Part shown: in pieces, positions 26,266 to 32,000 of the stretch
Layout: the number at the start of each line of letters is the position of its first letter
Numbering within the stretch: the first letter of the stretch is position 1
Origin: Desulfocapsa sulfexigens DSM 10523
GTDB lineage: Bacteria; Desulfobacterota; Desulfobulbia; Desulfobulbales; Desulfocapsaceae
Direction: 5' to 3'
NCBI RefSeq assembly: GCF_000341395.1
Contig: NC_020304.1
Span: 3,930,001 to 3,962,000 of the forward strand
Length of the DNA stretch: 32,000 nt
Made by a program: the position numbers and the translations under genes
Notes under the pieces: model-generated
What the model was told of the DNA's origin: nothing
Databases searched by the model: none
Seen by the model: the letters and a program-made list of their open reading frames with translations, nothing else

Positions 26266-27158
26266 TTAACGTTCTATTCAAAACAACCCTCTTCTGCTTC
26301 TTCACCCTTCTTTTCCTTACCAGTTCTGTGAGATACTCCAGTGCCGAAATCAAAGTAGGGGTACTCGCAAAACGGGGACCCAGCAGGGCGATGGCACAAT
26401 GGGCACAGACAGGAAACTACTTGACGGACGTACTCGGCGAACAGGTTGTTATTATACCGATAAAATTCACATTAATCGAATCAATGGTCAAAACTGGTCG
26501 CATAGACTTTCTCTTTGCCAACTCAGCCTTTTTCGTTGAAATGGAGAAGAAATATCAGGCACGGGCCATAACAACCGTAATCAATTCCCTGGACAACAAG
26601 CCCCTGGATAAATTTGGTGGAGTTATTTTTACCAGAAAAGGGAGTGGTATCAAAAAACTTGAGGATATCCGGGGAAAACGATTCATGACGGTTAAATTTT
26701 CTTCCTTTGGAGGGGGACAGATGGCCTGGAGACTCCTGCTTAAAAACAACATTGATCCCCAGAAGGAAACCGCAGCCTTCCTGGAAGCCGGAACCCATGA
26801 TCTTGTTGTACGAGCTGTAGAGAGTGGAAGAGTTGATGTTGGAACAGTGCGAACTGACACTCTGGAACGGATGCAGAGTGAAGGTAAAATTCAGATAAAT
26901 GAATTCCATATCATTCATCCAATAGCAGATGATTTCCCTTTTGTACGCAGCACTCGGCTTTACCCTGAATGGCCTATGGCGGCAATGGCACACACAACCA
27001 CGGAACTCTCGGACAGAGTTGCGGCGGCCCTGCAGAAAATTCAGCCGGATTCGCCAGCGGCACGAGCTGCCAGTATCATGGGCTGGACAGCTCCATCGGA
27101 CTACAGCAGCGTACGGGACTGCCTAGAAACAATCAAATACAGTATTTTTGTTCCCTGA
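26262..27158 (+). CDS. Second PhnD-like periplasmic substrate-binding protein
   Basis: 298 aa. The ATG overlaps the kinase stop (ATGA). It has a signal peptide (LFCFFTLLFLTSSVRYSSA), and IKVGVLAKRGPSRAMAQWAQTGNYL...IDFLFANSAFF is PhnD-like. Confidence 0.85.
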   Translation: MINVLFKTTLFCFFTLLFLTSSVRYSSAEIKVGVLAKRGPSRAMAQWAQTGNYLTDVLGEQVVIIPIKFTLIESMVKTGRIDFLFANSAFFVEMEKKYQARAITTVINSLDNKPLDKFGGVIFTRKGSGIKKLEDIRGKRFMTVKFSSFGGGQMAWRLLLKNNIDPQKETAAFLEAGTHDLVVRAVESGRVDVGTVRTDTLERMQSEGKIQINEFHIIHPIADDFPFVRSTRLYPEWPMAAMAHTTTELSDRVAAALQKIQPDSPAARAASIMGWTAPSDYSSVRDCLETIKYSIFVP

Positions 27159-27176
27159 ATCCAGATATTCCACGTA

Positions 27177-27881
27177 TCAAGTTCTGTCTTGAGAGTTCCC
27201 TTCAGTCGCAACGGGGACAAAAACCAGAAGATTTCGGCTTGCTTCGGAGTAGGGAAGAATATATTCAACCTGGGAATACAGTAAAAATCTGACGGGAAAG
27301 GCTGTCTCCTTCCAGACAGCCAGCTCTTCCTGCCATTTTGGCCCTTTCATGCAGATAACCTTCACTCCGGGTTGGATAAAGCGGCTACTCATATCCAGAA
27401 ACATCTTTACTTCGGTTACAGCGCGACTGGTAATATACGTGTAGCCACCATCCGATGGTAATACGGATTCATTTTCAACCCGACAATTCAGAATAGAAAG
27501 CTCTGTTAGTTGCAGAGTTCTTGCTATATGAGAAAGGAAGGCAACTCGTTTTTGACGAGGCTCAACAAGGGTAAGCTGCAAATCGGGCCTGGCAGCCTTA
27601 CAGACAAGTCCTGGAAAACCAGCCCCGGTACCAATATCAAGCAAATGCGCACTGTCCCCTTCAAGCAGAGGCAGAAGAGTGAGGGAATCGAGGAAATGTT
27701 TTTCAAGAATTTCCCTGTCCGTTGCCTTTTTGGCAATAAGATTAATTTTTCTACTCCAGTGCTTCAACTCTTTGAAATAGACAAAGAGCCTGCTCAAAGC
27801 ATCCGCGTCAAGCTCCGGGAGACCAATGGCATAACATCCTTCACGCAAACCTTCGCTGAAATCAAAATCCTCTTTCACCAT
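27177..27881 (-). CDS. rsmG: 16S rRNA (guanine527-N7)-methyltransferase RsmG (GidB)
   Basis: 234 aa. The sequence NLIAKKATDREILEKHFLDSL...LLDIGTGAGFPGL...TLVEPRQKRVAFL is the RsmG signature. The ATG directly abuts the hisD stop. Confidence 0.9.
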   Translation of the reverse strand: MVKEDFDFSEGLREGCYAIGLPELDADALSRLFVYFKELKHWSRKINLIAKKATDREILEKHFLDSLTLLPLLEGDSAHLLDIGTGAGFPGLVCKAARPDLQLTLVEPRQKRVAFLSHIARTLQLTELSILNCRVENESVLPSDGGYTYITSRAVTEVKMFLDMSSRFIQPGVKVICMKGPKWQEELAVWKETAFPVRFLLYSQVEYILPYSEASRNLLVFVPVATEGNSQDRT

Positions 27882-29192
27882 TTATCTGTCTTTGAGACGC
27901 TCGGTGACAGAGGCCGCATGAGCAGTCAAACCTTCCAGGTTGGCAAGGAGTCGAATATGATCTCCGTCTTCCCTAAGGGCCTCCTCCGAATAGCTGATAA
28001 TGGAGCTCTTCTTGAGAAAGGTCTCGACACCGAGTGCTGAAGAAAATTTCGCCGTTCCCATGGTAGGCAGTACATGATTAGGGCCGGCAATATAATCTCC
28101 TGCTGCCTCGGGGGTGTGGTGCCCTAAAAAGATTGCCCCTGCGTGACGAATCCGTGGCAGAATCTTCCAGGGATCATCAACCATCAGCTCCAGGTGCTCA
28201 ATGGCGATATCATTGGCAATGGCGATAGCCTCTTCCAGGTCTTCTGCAATAAGAATCACGCCGCGATCTGTAATTGATCTGGTGGCAATTTCTGCACGGC
28301 TGAGTCCTCCAAGCTGACGATCAAGCTCAGTAAGAACTTCCACTGCCAGTTGCTCTTCAGTGGTGACTACTATGGCAAGAGCCATGGGGTCATGCTCCGC
28401 CTGAGCCAGCATGTCGGCTGCAATATGGGCAGCTTTGGCACTTGCATCAGCCACAATCAGAACTTCAGATGGCCCGGCAATCATATCAATACGCAGCATC
28501 CCTGAAACCTGAGATTTGGCCTCAGTCACAAACTGGTTGCCTGGTCCGACAATAACATCAACCGCAGGGATCGTCTGGGTACCATGAGCTAGAGCTGCAA
28601 TGCCCCATGCCGATCCTGCCTTGAATATATCTACAATGCCTATCTCCTGTGCCGCCACCAGCAGGTGAGGACTTATTTTACCCTCTTTATTTGGTGGGGT
28701 AAGCATTATCCGCTGGTTTACTCCGGCAATTCCAGCAGGGATACCATTCATAAGAACGGAAGAGACTAGAGGTGTCGAGCCCCCCTGACCACCGGGAACA
28801 TAGAGTCCTGCAGCATCAACAGGGCGCACCATACGTCCGACAATGGTTCCGTTTTCACGGGTCTGCATCCAGGAATCTTCCATTTCCCTTTCATGAAAAA
28901 TCTGAATTCGTTCAATGGCTTTCGTCAGAGTTGCAAGAAACGCATCGTCAACAAGATCGTAGGCCTCCTTCAGTTCTGCAGTTGAGACCTGTAATTTCTC
29001 CAACGTGAGATCCGGGGCATCAAATTTCCGTGTATATTCGAGAACCGCCTCGTCACCTCGGCTCTTCACCTGTGAAATGATGTCGGCAACAAGATCACGG
29101 CAGCTGTTATCTGCCGGCTGAAACCTGGACAGGAGAGACTGAAGACACTTCTCACCCTCGGGACTTTTGGTTGTTAATGGTTTTATCAACAT
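27882..29192 (-). CDS. hisD: Histidinol dehydrogenase
   Basis: 436 aa. Motifs YVPGGQGGSTPLVSSVLM, AGPSEVLIVAD, LAQAEHD and GDYIAGPNHVLPT are HisD-like. Confidence 0.95.
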   Translation of the reverse strand: MLIKPLTTKSPEGEKCLQSLLSRFQPADNSCRDLVADIISQVKSRGDEAVLEYTRKFDAPDLTLEKLQVSTAELKEAYDLVDDAFLATLTKAIERIQIFHEREMEDSWMQTRENGTIVGRMVRPVDAAGLYVPGGQGGSTPLVSSVLMNGIPAGIAGVNQRIMLTPPNKEGKISPHLLVAAQEIGIVDIFKAGSAWGIAALAHGTQTIPAVDVIVGPGNQFVTEAKSQVSGMLRIDMIAGPSEVLIVADASAKAAHIAADMLAQAEHDPMALAIVVTTEEQLAVEVLTELDRQLGGLSRAEIATRSITDRGVILIAEDLEEAIAIANDIAIEHLELMVDDPWKILPRIRHAGAIFLGHHTPEAAGDYIAGPNHVLPTMGTAKFSSALGVETFLKKSSIISYSEEALREDGDHIRLLANLEGLTAHAASVTERLKDR

Positions 29193-29210
29193 AATAGTTT
29201 CGTATACTTT

Positions 29211-29894
29211 TTATTTTTTTCCCCAATGGATTCCAATGGTCCCCATCATAAACTTCTTATAATCCACACCTCTAAACCCAGCCGTCCTGAAAATATCGGC
29301 AAGCTCCTCTGCCTTATGAAAACCCATTGTCGATCCGGTGAGATAACTGTAAGCAGCCTCATCACTGGCAATAAAACGTCCAAGTAAGGGAATACCGAAA
29401 CGAAAATAAAAGCGAATAAAAGGGTAGAGAATATTTTTCTCAGGTGGAGTGGTATCAAGGCAGACGACCCTTCCACCAGGTTTCAATACCCGGTATATTT
29501 CTTTTAACACAACAAGGCTGTCATCCACGTTTCTCAACAGATATCCAAAGGTCACAGATTCAAAGCTATTATCCCCATAGGGGAGATTGTTTGCATCACT
29601 GGCCTGCCAGTCAATGGCCTGACCGGAAAATCTTTTTTTGGCCTCACGCAACATATTGAGTGAAAAATCGGCACCAACATACTGCCCGCCAGGGTATTGT
29701 CTTTCCATAAGAGCCACAATATCCCCGGTTCCGGTGGCAAGATCAAGGGCCATTCCCGATCCGGGATCACCTGCTTTTTTCACCACAAAACGACGCCATC
29801 GCTGATCCTGCCCCATGGTCATAACCCGATTCATCAGATCATAATTTGGTGCAATATCATCAAACATCTTCTGTACACCAGGACCTTTACCCAC
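29211..29894 (-). CDS. ubiE: Demethylmenaquinone / ubiquinone biosynthesis C-methyltransferase (UbiE/MenG)
   Basis: 227 aa from the GTG at 29894; an ATG at 29867 is an alternative start. Motifs MFDDIAPNYDLMNRVMTMGQDQRWRR, LDLATGTGD and LKPGGRVVCLD are UbiE-like. Confidence 0.9.
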   Translation of the reverse strand: MGKGPGVQKMFDDIAPNYDLMNRVMTMGQDQRWRRFVVKKAGDPGSGMALDLATGTGDIVALMERQYPGGQYVGADFSLNMLREAKKRFSGQAIDWQASDANNLPYGDNSFESVTFGYLLRNVDDSLVVLKEIYRVLKPGGRVVCLDTTPPEKNILYPFIRFYFRFGIPLLGRFIASDEAAYSYLTGSTMGFHKAEELADIFRTAGFRGVDYKKFMMGTIGIHWGKK

Positions 29895-29927
29895 GTCGTC
29901 TTCCTGTTATCATTAGTGATAGTTGTA

Positions 29928-31289
29928 TTAGCATGGCGCAAACCCGGGCGTTCTCGGGAAAGGAATAGCCTCACGGATATTACTCATCCCGGTTACAAAC
30001 TGAACAAGCCTCTCAAATCCAAGCCCAAATCCTGCATGAGGTACCGTACCATAACGCCTGAGATCAAGATACCAGTCATATTCCTTTATGTCGATACCAG
30101 CCTCGACCATTCGTCGGGTGAGAACATCAAGCCGTTCTTCGCGCTGGGATCCACCGACAAGTTCACCGATTCCAGGGACCAGAATGTCCATAGCAGCCAC
30201 GGTTTTTCCATCATCACTAAGCCGCATATAAAATGGCTTGATACCTGCCGGATAGTCGGTCACAATAACCGGACACTTATACACTTTTTCAGTAAGATAG
30301 CGCTCATGTTCCGACTGCAGATCAATGCCCCATTGCACTGGAAAATCGAAAATGTCTTTCAAGCTGCTGAGTTTTTCAACAGCCGCGCTGTAAGTGATAT
30401 GGACAAAATCCTTCTCCACCACATCCTGTAACTTCTGCAGCAGTCCCTTTTCAATAAATGAATTGAACAGGGCCAGATCCTCGGAACAGTTTTCCAATAC
30501 GTCTCGCAACACATATTTGAGCAGATCCGTTGCCAGTTTCATATTACAGGCAAGATCACAGAAAGCCATCTCCGGCTCCAGCATCCAGAATTCCGCGAGG
30601 TGGCGACTGGTATTGGAATTTTCTGCTCTGAAAGTGGGCCCAAATGTATACACCTGGCCAAGAGCCAGAGCATACACCTCAGCCTGCAGCTGACCACTCA
30701 CGGTGAGTCCTGCCTGAGAACCAAAAAATGGCTTATTATTCTTGTCTTTTTCACCCGTGGCATGAACCTGAAACATCTCACCCGCACCTTCACAATCACT
30801 TGTGGTGATCACAGGTGTGTGAACCTGAACAAACTCCCGTTCCTGAAAAAAGGTATTTATGGCAAAGGAGAGTCGGGAACGTACCCGGGTCACCGCACCA
30901 AGGGCGTTGGTTCGAGGCCTCAGGTGACTGATGGTTCTTAAGAATTCCAGTGAATGGCGCTTCTTCTGCAAAGGATAGGTATCCGGATCCGCCCAGCCCA
31001 GCACCTCAACGGACTCGGCATTCAGCTCCACATCCTGCCCCTTCGCTGGAGATTTCTGCAACAGCCCCGTTACAATAACGCTACAACCGGCACTGAGCCT
31101 AATTATCTCCCGATCATAATTCTCAAGTGTTTTATCTGCTATGACCTGGATGTTTGCCAGACTTGAGCCATCATTCACTTCAAGAAAGGAAAAGGAACCG
31201 GTATCACGCCGGGTCCGTATCCACCCCCGTACTGTTACCAGCTCATCGGTTATTCCTGCTCTAAGGATTGTTTTAATTCGTCTATCCAT
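29928..31289 (-). CDS. asnS: Asparagine--tRNA ligase
   Basis: 453 aa from the ATG at 31289 (MDRRIKTIL...VRGWIRTRRD). The longer ORF-track form (31346) would overlap the upstream gene by 65 nt. Class IIb motifs are present (FRAENSNTSRHLAEFWMLEPE; GFGLGFERLVQFVTGMSNIREAIPFPR). Confidence 0.93.
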   Translation of the reverse strand: MDRRIKTILRAGITDELVTVRGWIRTRRDTGSFSFLEVNDGSSLANIQVIADKTLENYDREIIRLSAGCSVIVTGLLQKSPAKGQDVELNAESVEVLGWADPDTYPLQKKRHSLEFLRTISHLRPRTNALGAVTRVRSRLSFAINTFFQEREFVQVHTPVITTSDCEGAGEMFQVHATGEKDKNNKPFFGSQAGLTVSGQLQAEVYALALGQVYTFGPTFRAENSNTSRHLAEFWMLEPEMAFCDLACNMKLATDLLKYVLRDVLENCSEDLALFNSFIEKGLLQKLQDVVEKDFVHITYSAAVEKLSSLKDIFDFPVQWGIDLQSEHERYLTEKVYKCPVIVTDYPAGIKPFYMRLSDDGKTVAAMDILVPGIGELVGGSQREERLDVLTRRMVEAGIDIKEYDWYLDLRRYGTVPHAGFGLGFERLVQFVTGMSNIREAIPFPRTPGFAPC

Positions 31290-32000
31290 TCTTTTGATTT
31301 CCAATATAATGAAACAGCGCAAGTTCCCCAGATCCTGAGAGCTCATCTGGGGCAGTATTACTTATCTCGGCAAGATGGGCACCCACAACCGAGCACTTCA
31401 CAGTAAGAAGAAAAAATATTTCGGCTTCTGCCTCGGAAAGGGTTTCAAAATTCCCCTGCCCCTTCGATATAATCAGATCAGCAGCTTTAAAGGCCTGCAG
31501 CAGTTCTGGGGAACAGCTTTCCAGGGGGGTTCCGGGACAACTCGTCCCGTTTTCAACAACACGGGCAATTTTGTCCATCCCGCAGGATTTCGCATCAGCA
31601 AGCAGGGCATCATTTATAATAGGGCCGCTCTTCACAACCACGGTCACATCAAGTCCCATGGCAGCAAGCTCACTGACCACCAGAGAATCATACACGATTT
31701 CACCAGAGTTATCAGCCAGATAAAGCACCCTAGAACCCCTTGCCAGCCCCCGTGCCCTGTTGAGGAATTGCTCACAATGATCGATGGCAAAGGGTGCTTT
31801 CAGGCAACGTGCCATGACCGCATCCACATCAAAACTGTGCATGGCACCATAATCGATAATATTACCACCGATTGCAAACCGCAAAGCGGTGGCCAGTGGG
31901 TCCGTGGCTGCACCAATCTGTCTTTCACACTCGGGTAAAAGAGCAAGTGCCTGCCGGTTAGATTGCTTTTTTATCTCAAGATAGGGATCGGCACAACCGG
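31282..32000 (-). CDS. DUF89/ARMT1-like (damage-control phosphatase family) protein, 5' end beyond the window
   Basis: The frame stays open upstream of the listed TTG (31884) to base 32000; my translation reads ...ADPYLEIKKQSNRQALALLPECERQIGAATDPLATALRFAIGGNIIDYG. Downstream, LYLADNSGEIVYD...IISKGQGNFETL matches the DUF89 pattern. The stop overlaps the asnS start by 8 nt. Confidence 0.8.
   Translation of the reverse strand, partial: GCADPYLEIKKQSNRQALALLPECERQIGAATDPLATALRFAIGGNIIDYGAMHSFDVDAVMARCLKAPFAIDHCEQFLNRARGLARGSRVLYLADNSGEIVYDSLVVSELAAMGLDVTVVVKSGPIINDALLADAKSCGMDKIARVVENGTSCPGTPLESCSPELLQAFKAADLIISKGQGNFETLSEAEAEIFFLLTVKCSVVGAHLAEISNTAPDELSGSGELALFHYIGNQKNG

Noticed and set aside
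31290-31346. Longer asnS form starting at 31346 (MSSQDLGNLRCFIILEIKR...)
   Set aside because: The extension overlaps the C-terminus of the DUF89 gene in another frame. AsnRS homology begins at MDRRIKTIL, so the ATG at 31289 is preferred.

Overview
This is a bacterial chromosomal segment with about 45% GC by eye. The housekeeping genes look Desulfobacterota-like, but that is a weak inference. The accessory part, about 2.2-12 kb on the minus strand, is a complete, tightly packed type I-C CRISPR-Cas locus: cas3-cas5c-cas8c-cas7c-[extra gene]-cas4-cas1-cas2-leader-CRISPR, with 9 identical 32-bp repeats and 8 spacers. The extra gene is the most unusual item. It is a 329-aa fusion of a RhuM-family N-terminal region and a Doc-type Fic domain (HPFVDGNKR). 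It sits exactly between the interference and adaptation modules, and there is no room for a Phd-like antitoxin. I do not know this arrangement as part of the canonical I-C system, and it is my top candidate for a CRISPR-coupled toxin, abortive-infection or addiction function. Left of the locus are an acidic C-terminal gene fragment and a TolC-family outer-membrane protein. To its right, a 589-bp AT-rich non-coding region lies between divergent cas3 and a Tat-signal superoxide-reductase-like gene. After that come housekeeping genes: rlmD-like, lysS, lolC/E-lolD, a PIF1-like helicase, a divergent Prs paralogue and leuB. These are followed by a cassette of PhnD-like binding protein, hybrid histidine kinase and second PhnD-like binding protein, and then a minus-strand run of DUF89 (5' truncated by the window edge)-asnS-ubiE-hisD-rsmG. 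I saw no rRNA or tRNA genes, transposases or integrases. All protein family calls come from motif recognition by eye in the supplied translations. No database search was run.
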